Shown here in pieces: positions 1 to 11,300 of a stretch of DNA of 32,221 nt. A program made the translations under genes and the position numbers. This stretch comes from Gammaproteobacteria bacterium (GTDB lineage Bacteria; Pseudomonadota; Gammaproteobacteria; UBA9214), in NCBI GenBank assembly GCA_049668345.1, contig JBATJF010000172.1:1-32221 (forward strand). Direction: 5' to 3'. The notes under the pieces were generated by a model, which worked only from the letters and a program-made list of their open reading frames with translations, made no database searches and had not been told where the DNA came from. Positions within the stretch are counted from its first letter, which is position 1, and the number at the start of each line of letters is the position of its first letter.

Positions 1-2
1 AG

Positions 3-1286
<1,284 letters not shown>

Positions 1287-1399
1287 ACGGCCAGGCCGCG
1301 GTATTGCGGCATCAGGGATATCGCTCCCGCGCAGTCCCGGCAGGCGCCGGGTATCAAGCCTCGATCCTGTGCATTCGTTTCCGACAGTAACCGGCAGAC

Positions 1400-3619
1400 A
1401 TGCACCGCCCGGGTGCAGCACCGCAGCTGTCCGCGACAGCACTGCGACACGAGCGTTTGACAATGCAGCAAAACTCGAAAACACTCCATGGCGTGGAATC
1501 CGACGACGGCAGTTTTGATGCAGCAATCCGTGCCCACGATGCCGCAGTGGCGGCCAGCGACCTCGATGTCTGGATAGGTGCCGAACCGACCTTTACCAAC
1601 CGCCGCTCCGAGTCACCGGAATGGCTGACCGACGCTCTCGGCGCAAGCAAGCAGGACTACGCACGCCACGTCATCGAACAGCTCCGCGACAGCTATCCCG
1701 GCTCGATCATCCTGCGCACCCTGGGGCGCCAGTATCCCGGGGAAGCGCGACCCCGCTGGAGCCTGGGCCTGTACCAGCGCCGTGACGGGCGCGCGCTGGC
1801 CGACGGCCTGCCGGCTGATCCGCTGGGGATGGCGTGTTCCTGCGAAGCGGGACACCTGACGGCGTTCTGGCAGGCCCTGGCCGCAGCGCTCGGCCGGGAC
1901 GGCTGGGATGCAGCGGGTTTTCAGGTCGATGGGGAGATGGGGCTGCGCGTGGTGTTCCGCTGCGACAGGCGACAGCCGCTGGCAGAACCGGCCACGGATT
2001 CGCGCCTTGGGCGGGCGTCACTCCATGCGCAGGCCATACCGCCGGACGGTCTGGTGGATGACCTTGCCGGCGAGGGGCTGTATCTGGTCGCGATTGGCTG
2101 CGCGGCCACGGGTCCGGATGACAGCCTGCAGCCCTGCATCGAGTTGCCGGCGTTTGCGGAGGTCGCGTTGTTCATGGCCTTCATCCAGCGTGTCGCGCAG
2201 GCAGCGGGTGAGGCGGGACTGACTGCGCTGGTGTGGCGCGGATTCCCGCCGCCGGTGGACAGGACTATCGCCTGGACCACGCTGACGCCGGATCCGGCAG
2301 TACTTGAAATCAATGAAGCGCCCGCGTCCTGTGTTGCCGAGTTTCTGGAGCGGAGCCGCCGGCTGTACGCCCTGGTGGAGGCGCAGGGCCTGGCGCCTTA
2401 CCGGCTGCAATACAACGGCACCGTGTCGGACAGCGGTGGCGGCGGTCAATTCACGCTCGGCGGGCCCACACCCGCGCACAGCCCGTTTTTCGTGGCACCC
2501 CGGCTCCTGAGTCGCATGGTGGTCTATTTCAATCGTCATCCGGCGCTTTCCTACTGGTTTGCACCGCTCTATGTCGGCAGCTTCAGCCAGTCGCCACGCC
2601 CGGACGAGAACGTGCTCGAATCGTTCAGCGAACTGCAGGTGGCGTTGCAGCACCTGGACGCCACACCCGAACCGGAGCCCGAATTCATCTGGCGCAGTCT
2701 CAGTCCGTTTCTGGTCGACACCTCGGGCAATGCCCACCGCAGCGAACTCAATATCGAAAAACTCTGGAATCCCTGTCTGCCCGGACGCGGCTGTCTCGGA
2801 CTGGTCGAGTTGCGGGCGTTTCGCATGGCCATCGATGCGGAAAGCGCGGCTGCCATCGCCGCCATGCTGCGTGCGCTGGCGGCAATGTTGAGTCGCCAGG
2901 CGAGCAGCCGCCAGCTGATCGAGTGGGGCAGCCGCCTGCACGACCGTTTTGCACTGCCGTTCTACCTGCGCCAGGATCTGGAGGCGGTATTCAGTGACCT
3001 GGCTGCGGCCGGGCTGGAACTTGGTGCACCCGTCATCGAGCGTCTGCTTGCCGATCACTGGCGGCATATCGGTGATGCCGAGTGCGCCGGTTGCCGGCTC
3101 GATGTCGACCAGGCCATCGAATTCTGGCCGCTGCTGGGCGATGCCGCCACGCAATCGGGCGGTTCGCGCCTGGTGGATGCCAGCACGACACGCCTGCAAA
3201 TCATGCTGCGGCCCGCGTCCGGTCTTGCAGCGGATCTCGACGGCTGGCAGTTGCTGGCGGGCCGCTACCGGGTGCCGTTGCGCCGTGACCGGGACGCCTC
3301 CGGGGCGGTGCTCATCACGGGACTGCGTTACCGTGCCTTTGTACCCTGGGCAGGCCTGCATCCGGGGCTCGGTGCCCAGGGGCCGATCGTGCTTGCGCTC
3401 CTGCCGCCCGGGGCGGAGCGCGGGCTGCGCATCACACTGCACGACTGGCAACCGCAGGGGGAGGCCTACGCCGGTCTGCCTGGATCACTCGATGAGGCGC
3501 GCAGGCGCATACGCGAGCGGTTCGCCGTGGAGGTGATCACGGCAGACAGCGCGCCCGAAGGCATCGCGCCGCCGGCCGAAGCCATGTCGGACTACTGTTT
3601 CGACCTGCGGCGCACCTGA
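1400..3619 (+). CDS. Stand-alone DUF2126-family protein (C-terminal module of the large transglutaminase-like proteins, without a transglutaminase domain)
   Basis: It aligns by eye with residues ~320-1128 of the 8348..11734 product. Matching pairs: [20 protein letters not shown]; [16 protein letters not shown]; [38 protein letters not shown]; [32 protein letters not shown]; [18 protein letters not shown]. The start is ambiguous (ATG 1400 or ATG 1463) and neither has a clear SD. Confidence 0.8.
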   Translation: MHRPGAAPQLSATALRHERLTMQQNSKTLHGVESDDGSFDAAIRAHDAAVAASDLDVWIGAEPTFTNRRSESPEWLTDALGASKQDYARHVIEQLRDSYPGSIILRTLGRQYPGEARPRWSLGLYQRRDGRALADGLPADPLGMACSCEAGHLTAFWQALAAALGRDGWDAAGFQVDGEMGLRVVFRCDRRQPLAEPATDSRLGRASLHAQAIPPDGLVDDLAGEGLYLVAIGCAATGPDDSLQPCIELPAFAEVALFMAFIQRVAQAAGEAGLTALVWRGFPPPVDRTIAWTTLTPDPAVLEINEAPASCVAEFLERSRRLYALVEAQGLAPYRLQYNGTVSDSGGGGQFTLGGPTPAHSPFFVAPRLLSRMVVYFNRHPALSYWFAPLYVGSFSQSPRPDENVLESFSELQVALQHLDATPEPEPEFIWRSLSPFLVDTSGNAHRSELNIEKLWNPCLPGRGCLGLVELRAFRMAIDAESAAAIAAMLRALAAMLSRQASSRQLIEWGSRLHDRFALPFYLRQDLEAVFSDLAAAGLELGAPVIERLLADHWRHIGDAECAGCRLDVDQAIEFWPLLGDAATQSGGSRLVDASTTRLQIMLRPASGLAADLDGWQLLAGRYRVPLRRDRDASGAVLITGLRYRAFVPWAGLHPGLGAQGPIVLALLPPGAERGLRITLHDWQPQGEAYAGLPGSLDEARRRIRERFAVEVITADSAPEGIAPPAEAMSDYCFDLRRT
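1401..1417. promoter_or_regulatory. NtrC-type palindrome TGCACC-N5-GGTGCA
   Basis: The sequence reads TGCACCGCCCGGGTGCA, and both 6-bp half-sites match the enterobacterial NtrC consensus. It lies 46 bp upstream of ATG 1463 and overlaps the alternative ATG 1400. It is a single site with no sigma-54 promoter seen nearby. Confidence 0.3.
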
Positions 3620-3661
3620 GGGCAGGCGCCGCGCCCGGCCGTGCCGTGCCGGCAGACAACC

Positions 3662-4846
3662 TCAGACCCGGTACGGCGCAAGCCGATCGACCAGGTATCC
3701 GGCGATCCGCTGCAGCAGCGAACCACCTGATGCAGGGCGGTCGATGTCCTGGTCCTGCACATATCCGGCATCAAATACGCGGTGTGTCCTGACGACCCCG
3801 TGCACGAATTCGAGTTTCCGCAGCGCCGGATCGGGCAGCGTAAACGGGTACAGGTCCGGGAGCCCCATGCTCCGGTTGAGACTGTTCAGGGCATGCGTCA
3901 GCGGTATCCAGTGACTGATGATGGTCTCGAAATCCTCGATACGATAGGCGTTGAAGCGGGGGTCGGCATGGTGAATGGTGCCGTCCGGCAGCTCGCGTCT
4001 GACCTGCACGCCGTAGTGCCCGGCAGTTTCCAGTGTGTCAATGATATGCAGGTAGTGCGCCCAGGACTCGGCCCAGTCCTCCCATGGGTGTGAGCTGGCG
4101 TAACGGGAGATATAGCGGCTCTGCCAGTCTCCCGGTGCGCCGGCCTGGTAATGGTTGTCGAGGGCCTGCGGATAGTTGATCCGTTCGTCACCGAACAGCT
4201 CGCGGAAGGCAGCCAGCGAAGGCGTGTTCCGGATCAGTTGGTTCCAGTAATAGTGCCCGCTTTCATGCCGGAAGTGCCCCAGCAGCGTCCGGTATTTTTC
4301 GTCCAGATCGACGCGGGACTGTTCGCGCCGGGCCGGATCCGCCTCATCGATGCTGATGACGATATGGCCGTTATCATGCCCGGTGATCACGTGTGACCCG
4401 GGCGGTGCATCGAGATCGGACATGAAGGAAAAGGCCAGTCCCCGGTCGGGGTCTTCCGTCCTGCTGTGCAGGGGCAGCCCGAGTTTCAGCAGGCTGTAGA
4501 TCAGGCGCCGCTTGCTGCGTTCCAGTCGATACCAGCGTTCCGCGAAGCCGGGCCGGGAAAGATTGGGGATGGTCTGGTTGAACTTGCAGGCGATACAGAA
4601 ACGCTGGCCGGAGTCGGCCGGGACCATCCAGTTGCAGACGGCGTGAGCCGCGTAGTTTTCGCACTTGCGGTAGCGGTTACCCACCGCCATGTCGGTGAGT
4701 GCCTTCCAGGTCCCGTCCGTAGCGGGTTCCAGCGCAGACACGCGCAGAATCTGCGGCAGCACCCCGAGTTCGTGGTTGCAGCGGGTGCAAATGCTGTTGT
4801 CGAAATAGACCGGGTTCTTACAGTGTTCGCAGTGGAAGGTTCTCAT
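3662..4846 (-). CDS. Zinc-ribbon + putative zinc metallopeptidase (Peptidase_Mx-like)
   Basis: N-terminal CxxC...CxxC (CEHCKNPVYFDNSICTRC), a further Cys cluster (CENYAAHAVCNW...FCIACKF) and an HExxH motif (FRHESGHYYW). It is the last gene of the minus-strand operon, 30 nt after the upstream stop. Confidence 0.75.
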   Translation of the reverse strand: MRTFHCEHCKNPVYFDNSICTRCNHELGVLPQILRVSALEPATDGTWKALTDMAVGNRYRKCENYAAHAVCNWMVPADSGQRFCIACKFNQTIPNLSRPGFAERWYRLERSKRRLIYSLLKLGLPLHSRTEDPDRGLAFSFMSDLDAPPGSHVITGHDNGHIVISIDEADPARREQSRVDLDEKYRTLLGHFRHESGHYYWNQLIRNTPSLAAFRELFGDERINYPQALDNHYQAGAPGDWQSRYISRYASSHPWEDWAESWAHYLHIIDTLETAGHYGVQVRRELPDGTIHHADPRFNAYRIEDFETIISHWIPLTHALNSLNRSMGLPDLYPFTLPDPALRKLEFVHGVVRTHRVFDAGYVQDQDIDRPASGGSLLQRIAGYLVDRLAPYRV

Positions 4847-4876
4847 TCGTCGAGTGCTGTTCCCGGGAGGAGGCTT

Positions 4877-5797
4877 TCAGCCGCCGGGTGCCGGTTGAGC
4901 CGCCGTTGTATCGGATTCCGGCAGGCGTTCCATGTCCACCGACACCCGTGGCCGGTGTCCCGGGTCGCCGCCGAACAATACGCCCTTGAGTGGCGTGACA
5001 TCGGCATAGTCCCGTCCCCAGGCCGTGGTGATGTGCTGGTCCAGCGGCACCCGGTTGTTGGTGGGGTCGAAGTCATGCCAGCCGACATCGGGCAGGTATA
5101 CCGAGAACCAGGCATGCGATTCGTCGGCCCCGCGCTGCTTGGCCTGGCCCGGTGGCGGCACGGTTTCCAGGTAGCCGCTCACATAGCGCGCCGCCAGCCC
5201 GAGACTGCGCAGGCAGGCGATCGCCAGGTGGGCAAAGTCCTGGCATACACCCCGCCGACTGGAGAGGACCTCGGTCAGGGGGGTGGAGACGGTGGAAAAT
5301 CCCGGGTCGTAGGTGAACTCGTGGTGGACGCGTGCCATCAGGTCGCGCACGGACTCCAGTAACGGCCGGCCGGGCGGGAACGACGGCGCCGCGTAACCGG
5401 CCAGTTCCTGACCGGTAGGTACCAGCGATGAATCGAGCACGAACTGACGGTTCTCGCGTGACGTGTCCGTGGCGGGTTCTGCCAGGCGCCTGCGCGCCTC
5501 GTCCCAGGGGATGTCAGCTTCCAGTACCAGCTGGCCGGTCCCGGGATTCAGCACGATTTCGCTGGTGGCGGTGACCGTGAGGGTCTGGTGCGGTTGCTGG
5601 ATGGAAAAATAGCTGACATGGTTGCCGAAGTAATCCGCGTGTTCCGCAAGATCCATCGGCAGCGGGTCGATCTGCAGGCGATGTCCCAGGCACTGCTGGG
5701 TGGCAAGGTTGCGCGGCCGCAGGTGGGCCAGGTTGTGGCACAGGCTGACGGTTATCCCGTAACGGTACTCTGTCTTGTGCACGACACGGTATTTCAT
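4877..5797 (-). CDS. Transglutaminase-like cysteine peptidase family protein (Bact_transglu_N + transglutaminase core)
   Basis: N-terminal MKYRVVHKTEYRY signature. The Cys-His-Asp core is intact (RGVCQDFAHL...ARYVSGY; SHAWFSVY; DFDPTN). The start overlaps the upstream stop by 4 nt (ATGA). Confidence 0.85.
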   Translation of the reverse strand: MKYRVVHKTEYRYGITVSLCHNLAHLRPRNLATQQCLGHRLQIDPLPMDLAEHADYFGNHVSYFSIQQPHQTLTVTATSEIVLNPGTGQLVLEADIPWDEARRRLAEPATDTSRENRQFVLDSSLVPTGQELAGYAAPSFPPGRPLLESVRDLMARVHHEFTYDPGFSTVSTPLTEVLSSRRGVCQDFAHLAIACLRSLGLAARYVSGYLETVPPPGQAKQRGADESHAWFSVYLPDVGWHDFDPTNNRVPLDQHITTAWGRDYADVTPLKGVLFGGDPGHRPRVSVDMERLPESDTTAAQPAPGG

Positions 5798-8355
5798 GAC
5801 TGTTCGGATTCTTCGTCGACCAGCTGGTAGGGCCGCTCGGCATGGGTGAAATAGGTTGCCGTGAGGGCATTGGAGGTTTCACCCAGGCGCTGGCCGAGCC
5901 CGGCGAGCAGGTTTTCGAGTCGCGGCCTGATACCGCCGTCCGCCTGCGCCAGTTCCTCTGCATTCGCCAGCTCGAGCTGGGTGGTGGCCTCGAGCACGAG
6001 CCGCATTTCCTGCTTGTAGGGACGCCGGTCCTGTCCCGGCAAGACGGCAAGATGCTGCCGCGCCGCGTTCAGCTGGTAGACGAGGGAGCGGCTGTTGCTT
6101 TCATCCAGCAGCAGCAGGTCCAGCGTGGCTTCCAGCTGCGGCCGGTTGCGGAAACGGCGTCGATAGAGGGAGAAGCTCTCGGTAACGGCCAGCACCGACT
6201 CCAGCAACAGGACCTCGATTTCCGGCGCCACGCGGCTGGTCAGCACGGCGCGCAGCAATGCGATCAGCAGCAGGGCGCGCTCGATGCGTCTGCCCAGGTT
6301 GAAGAAGTGCCAGCCCAGGTCACGGCTCATGCTTTCGCTGGCGGCGCCGGCGATGGCCATCAGCGCGGTGATGATGCGGTCCTGCGTGTCCTGCAGAAAC
6401 TGCAGATCGGTATGACCGCCTTGCGCCAGGCCGTCCAGCTCGTCACCGATGTCATTGAATACCCGCCGCGCGTCGCTGCTCACCAGGTTGCGTACGGCGT
6501 AGGCCGCGTTGAGGCAGTCCGACAGGTTGGCGGCCAGGGTTCCGGTGCGCCGCCGGTTGCAGATCAGGTCGACAAGCTCCGCCTGCGGCTCGGCCAGGCG
6601 CTGCTCGGCGCCGACCCCCGTGAAGCCGGGGTAGGTCATGCTCATGTGGGTCAGCCCCCGCAGCAGCATGGTCAGGGTCGTCTGGTAGACCGGGTCCGCC
6701 AGCTGCAGGGTTTCGTTGCGGCGTGTGTGGATGTTGCGGATCAGCCGGATCATGTCCTCGGCACGCTCGGCGTAGCGGGCCAGCCAGAACAGGTTTTCGG
6801 CGGCCAGCCCGGGCAGGGTCTCCTGCGATTGCGGGAAGACGCCCTTGCCCTGGGGCAGCAGCGTCACGATCTGCTCGGGTTCCGAGGCCAGCACCCAGGT
6901 GTCCTTGCTGACGGCGCCGGCCTGGTTGGACACTAACCGGCTGTCCGGTGTCTCGCCGACGCGGGTCAGTCCGCCCGGCATGACCGTGAAGCTGTCCTGG
7001 CCGGCGGCGAGGAAGGTGCGCAGCACGCTATGGCGCGGTTCCAGCCGGCCCGCATTCAGCGTCGGCGCCGAAGACGGTATCAGTCGTTCCTGACCGATGT
7101 ACTGGTGGGGCCGCGCCTTGATGCGCTCGCGCCATTCTGCCAGTCCTGTTGCATCGAGCTGGTCGCCGAACACCGGCCTGCCGCCCCGCTTGACCGGTCG
7201 CAGTACCAGGGTGGCGAGGTTGGCCAGTACGTAGTCACGTTCCCGTGGCTGTCCGCACCACCAGGTGGCGACCGAGGGCAGCCGCAGTTCCTGTCCCAGC
7301 AAATGCCTCGCCAGCCGGGGCAGGAAGGCCATCAGGCCGGGACTCTCCAGAATGCCCGCGCCGATGGTATTGGCGATGGCAACCCGTCCGCGACGCATCA
7401 CTTCCACCAGTCCGGGGACACCGAGCAGGGAGTCGGGGCGCAGTTCCAGCGGGTCACAGTAATGATCGTCGACGCGCCTGAGGATGACATCCACCGGGGC
7501 CAGCCCGCTGACGGACTTGAGCCAGACGCGACCATCGCGCACGGTCAGGTTGGCGCCCTCGATCAGGGTGTAATCGAGGTAGTTGGCAAGGTACAGGTGT
7601 TCGAAATAGGTCTCGTTGTGCGGCCCGGGGGTCATGATCACCACCCGCGGGTCCTCGCGCGCCTTTTCCGGCGCCAGGTTTGCCAGCGACTCGCGCAGGC
7701 GGCGGAAGAAGGGGGCCAGCCGGTGCGGGTGGGAATCGCGGAACAGGCTGGGTATCAGGCGCGACATGACGGTGCGGTTTTCCAGCGCATAGCCCATGCC
7801 CGAGGGGGCCTGGGTGCGGTCCTTGAGGATGCGGAACCGGCCATCATTGCCACGCACCAGGTCCGCGGCAAACAGGCTCAGTCCCGGTGGCCGGGCGGGC
7901 GGGGCGACCACGCAGGAACGCTGGAACCCGGGATCGCCGTACACCAGGTCCGGCGGGATCAGGCCCTTCCTGATCAGGCTGCAGGGACCGTAGAGATCCT
8001 GCAGGATCAGGTTGAGCAGTTCCGCCCGCTGCATCAGCCCGGACTCGATGCCGGCCCATTCGCTGCTGCTGATCAGCAGCGGCACCGGGTCGAGCTGCCA
8101 GGCCCGGTTGTGGCCGTCCTGCGCGCCGTAGACGTTGTAGGTGGCGCCGTCGCTGCGCAGCATGCGGACCGTGTCGCGCTGCCGCTGAGCGAGCACCTCG
8201 GGACCCATGGCATCCAGCGCGCTGATCAGGTACTGCCAGTGTTTGCGCACCGTGCCGTCTCCGGTGCACATCTCGTCGTAGCCTGACGGCGGCCGCGCGT
8301 AGGCCGGACAGGCTGCGCTGCGGTCGGGGGTGTCCATGGTTGGCGTGTCAGTCAC
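5794..8355 (-). CDS. Fused circularly permuted type-2 ATP-grasp (ex-DUF404/DUF407) + alpha-E (ex-DUF403) protein
   Basis: The N-terminal half parallels the 486-aa ATP-grasp at 13213..14673: VDVILRRVDDHYCDPLELRPDSLLGVPGL vs [29 protein letters not shown], and ETYFEHLYLANYL vs SAYFEHSYLAQQM. The C-terminal half carries the alpha-E signature (AAENLFWLARYAERAED vs VAEHIYWMSRYIERAEN). The start is GTG 8355 (8-nt overlap with the upstream gene) or ATG 8337. Confidence 0.85.
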   Translation of the reverse strand: MTDTPTMDTPDRSAACPAYARPPSGYDEMCTGDGTVRKHWQYLISALDAMGPEVLAQRQRDTVRMLRSDGATYNVYGAQDGHNRAWQLDPVPLLISSSEWAGIESGLMQRAELLNLILQDLYGPCSLIRKGLIPPDLVYGDPGFQRSCVVAPPARPPGLSLFAADLVRGNDGRFRILKDRTQAPSGMGYALENRTVMSRLIPSLFRDSHPHRLAPFFRRLRESLANLAPEKAREDPRVVIMTPGPHNETYFEHLYLANYLDYTLIEGANLTVRDGRVWLKSVSGLAPVDVILRRVDDHYCDPLELRPDSLLGVPGLVEVMRRGRVAIANTIGAGILESPGLMAFLPRLARHLLGQELRLPSVATWWCGQPRERDYVLANLATLVLRPVKRGGRPVFGDQLDATGLAEWRERIKARPHQYIGQERLIPSSAPTLNAGRLEPRHSVLRTFLAAGQDSFTVMPGGLTRVGETPDSRLVSNQAGAVSKDTWVLASEPEQIVTLLPQGKGVFPQSQETLPGLAAENLFWLARYAERAEDMIRLIRNIHTRRNETLQLADPVYQTTLTMLLRGLTHMSMTYPGFTGVGAEQRLAEPQAELVDLICNRRRTGTLAANLSDCLNAAYAVRNLVSSDARRVFNDIGDELDGLAQGGHTDLQFLQDTQDRIITALMAIAGAASESMSRDLGWHFFNLGRRIERALLLIALLRAVLTSRVAPEIEVLLLESVLAVTESFSLYRRRFRNRPQLEATLDLLLLDESNSRSLVYQLNAARQHLAVLPGQDRRPYKQEMRLVLEATTQLELANAEELAQADGGIRPRLENLLAGLGQRLGETSNALTATYFTHAERPYQLVDEESEQS

Positions 8356-11300
8356 ATCTGCCGCTGTGTCTCAGGTCCAGGGTGTAAGGATACTCCGGAT
8401 TGATCTCCTCCACAGGGGGTGCCATGGGTCCAGGGACATGGCCTTCGGGGAAAAACTTCGTCAGGGGTGCAAGCTCCGGCGGCGGGCGCAGCGGGCCCGT
8501 GCTGTGGCCATGGCCCCAGAAGCGGCTGATACGGCGCGATTCGGCCTCGTAGGCATTGACCGGGAACACGTCATAGTGGCGTCCACCGGGATGTGCCACG
8601 TGGTAGGTGCAGCCACCGATGGAACGGCCGTTCCAGGTATCGATGATATCGAAGACCAGCGGTGAATGAACGCCGATGGTGGGGTGCAGCGCCGAGGGTG
8701 GCTGCCAGGCGCGGAAGCGCACCCCTGCCACGTACTCGCCGTGGGTGCCGGTGCTTCGCAGCGGGACCCGGCGGCCGTTGCAGGCAACCACGTAGCGGCT
8801 TTCCGTCAGCCCGCTGACCTTGACCTGCAGCCGCTCCACCGAGGAGTCGACGAAGCGTGCCGTGCCCAGGTTGCTCATTTCCTCGCCCAGCACGTGCCAG
8901 GGCTCGAGCGCGGCATGCAGGTCGAGGCGGATGTCCTGCACGCTGACCGATCCGCAATGCGGGAAACGGAATTCCAGGAACGGCGCCAGCCATTCCAGCT
9001 GGAACGGGTAACCGGCGCGCTGCAGCTCGCACGCCACGTCTTTCATGTCGGCCCATACGTAGTGGGGCAGCATGAAGCGGTCATGCAGCGCGGTGCCCCA
9101 GCGCACCAGCCGGTGCCGGTAGGGCCGGTCCCAGAAGCGTGCAACCAGCGTGCGCAGCAGCAACATCTGCACCAGGCTCATCTGCGAATGCGGCGGCATT
9201 TCGAAGGCACGGAACTCCACCAGCCCCAGGCGTCCGGTCGACGAATTGGGCGAGTACAGCTTGTCGATACAGAACTCGGCGCGATGGGTGTTGCCGGTGA
9301 TATCCACCAGCAGGTTGCGCAGCAGCCGGTCCACCAGCCAGGGTTCGGCCACTTCACCGTCGGGCATTTGCTGGAAGGCGATTTCCAGCTCGTACAGGTT
9401 CTCGTCCCTGGCCTCGTCCACCCGCGGTGCCTGGCTGGTCGGGCCGATGAACATGCCGGAGAACAGCGTGGACAGGCCGGGGTGATGCTGCCAGTAGGTC
9501 AGCAGGCTGCGCAGCAGGTCGGGACGCCGCAGGAACGGACTGTCGGCCGGGGTGGCGCCGCCGAGGGTGACATGGTTGCCGCCGCCGGTGCCGGTATGGC
9601 GGCCGTCCAGCATGAACTTCTCCGTTCCCAGCCGGGACAGGCGCGCCTCGGCGTAGAGGATCTCGGTATTCTCCACCAGTTCCTGCCAGTCGTGTGCCGG
9701 GTGGATGTTGACCTCGATCACGCCCGGATCGGGGGTCACGGCCAGCTTGCGCATACGCCAGTCCCGCGGGGGTTCGTAGCCTTCGATGCGTACCGGCATC
9801 TGCAGCTCGGCCGCCGTCAGTTCCACCGCGGCGAGCAGGTCCAGGTAATGCTCCAGGTGGGTAAGCGGCGGCAGGAACAGGCGCAGCATGCCATCGCGGG
9901 CCTCGACACACAGGGCGGTATGAATCACCTCGATTCGCCGCCGCGCCTGCACGCCGTTGTCCGCCGGTTCCTGCTGCATGATTTCCGGGTGGGATTCCGG
10001 CGCCGCCTCGATGCGGCTGAAGCGGCGGGTCACCTCGCCGTAGTAGTCACCCAGCGCCGGGCGCGGTTCGAACAGGTCGCGTTCCGGTTCGATGTCGCGT
10101 TCCTCCTCGGCTATCCAGGGCAGGGCGTCGAGTGGCAGGCGCAGTCCCATGGGGGAATCGCCGGGCGCGAGGCACATATGCCCGCGGCGAAAGTGCCAGC
10201 TGCAGCTTTGCCAGCCGCTGCGGGAATCATCCCAGCGCAGCGGCAGGGCGAAGCCGGCGGGTTTGCCGAGGTCGCCGGCGAGCAGTTCCACCAGCCGGCG
10301 CCGTTCGTCCGGCTTCTTCAGGTCGGTGCCGAGCAGGTCCACGTTGGCCGGCTGGTCGCCTTCCTTCCACAGGTAGTAAAGGGTGTCTTCGTAGGCGGGG
10401 AGCAGGTAATGCCCGGGTACGCCGAGCCTGCGGGTCAGTGCTGCAGCGAACTGCTCCGCCTCGTCCGGTCCGCAGCCGTAGTCGACGCCGTCCCGGGCCA
10501 GCAGTTTGGGGTCGCGCCACACCGGGTTGCCGTCGACTCGCCAGAAGCAGTTCAGTGACCAGCGCGGCACGGGTTCGCCCGGGTACCACTTGCCCTGGCC
10601 GTAGTGCAGCAGGCCGCCGGGTGCGAAGCGCCCTTGCAGTCGCTGCAGCAGATCGCCGGCCAGCTCGCGCTTGTGTTTCCCGAGCGCGGCGTCATTCCAC
10701 TGCGCCGATTCCATGTCATCGATGGAAACGAACGTCGGTTCGCCGCCGAGCGTGAGCCGCACGTCACCGGCCGCCAGGTCGGCATCCACCTTGCGTCCCA
10801 GGGCCTGGATGGTCTCCCACTGTGACGCGGTGTACGGCTTGGTGACCCGCGGGTCCTCGTGGATGCGCTGCACCTCGTTATGGAAGCGGAATTCCACCTT
10901 GCATTTGCCGGTCGTGCCGGTAATCGGCGCGGCGCTGACGGGGTGGGGCGTGCAGGCGAGCGGGATATGGCCCTCGCCCGCGAACAGGCCCGAGGTCGGA
11001 TCGAGTCCCAGCCAGCCGGCGCCCGGTATAAACACCTCGGCCCAGGCATGCAGGTCGGTGAAGTCATGGTCGGTGCCGGCGGGACCCTCCAGCGGTTTTT
11101 CATCCGGTGTCAGCTGCAGCAGGTAGCCGGAAACAAAGCGCGCCGCCAGGCCGAGATGGCGCAGGATCTGCACCATCAACCAGGCGCTGTCGCGACAGGA
11201 ACCCAGTGCCTTGTCGAGGGTTGTCTCGCAGCTCTGGATGCCCGGTTCCATGCGGATGGTGTAGTCGATGTCACGCTGCAACCGCTGGTTGATAGCCACC

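Noticed and set aside
1336-1351. Hairpin CCCGGC-AGGC-GCCGGG after the YyaL-like gene, and a weak CCGGC-N8-GCCGG hairpin at ~3630-3650 between the convergent genes, as terminators
   Set aside because: The stems are short (5-6 bp) with no U-tract. Such GC palindromes are frequent in this genome, which is too weak a basis for calling them features.
2018-3451. 477-aa minus-strand ORF antisense to the DUF2126 gene
   Set aside because: Arg/Ala/Gly/Pro-rich composition typical of GC-driven shadow ORFs. It lies fully inside a gene whose product has clear paralog support, and it shows no recognisable motif.
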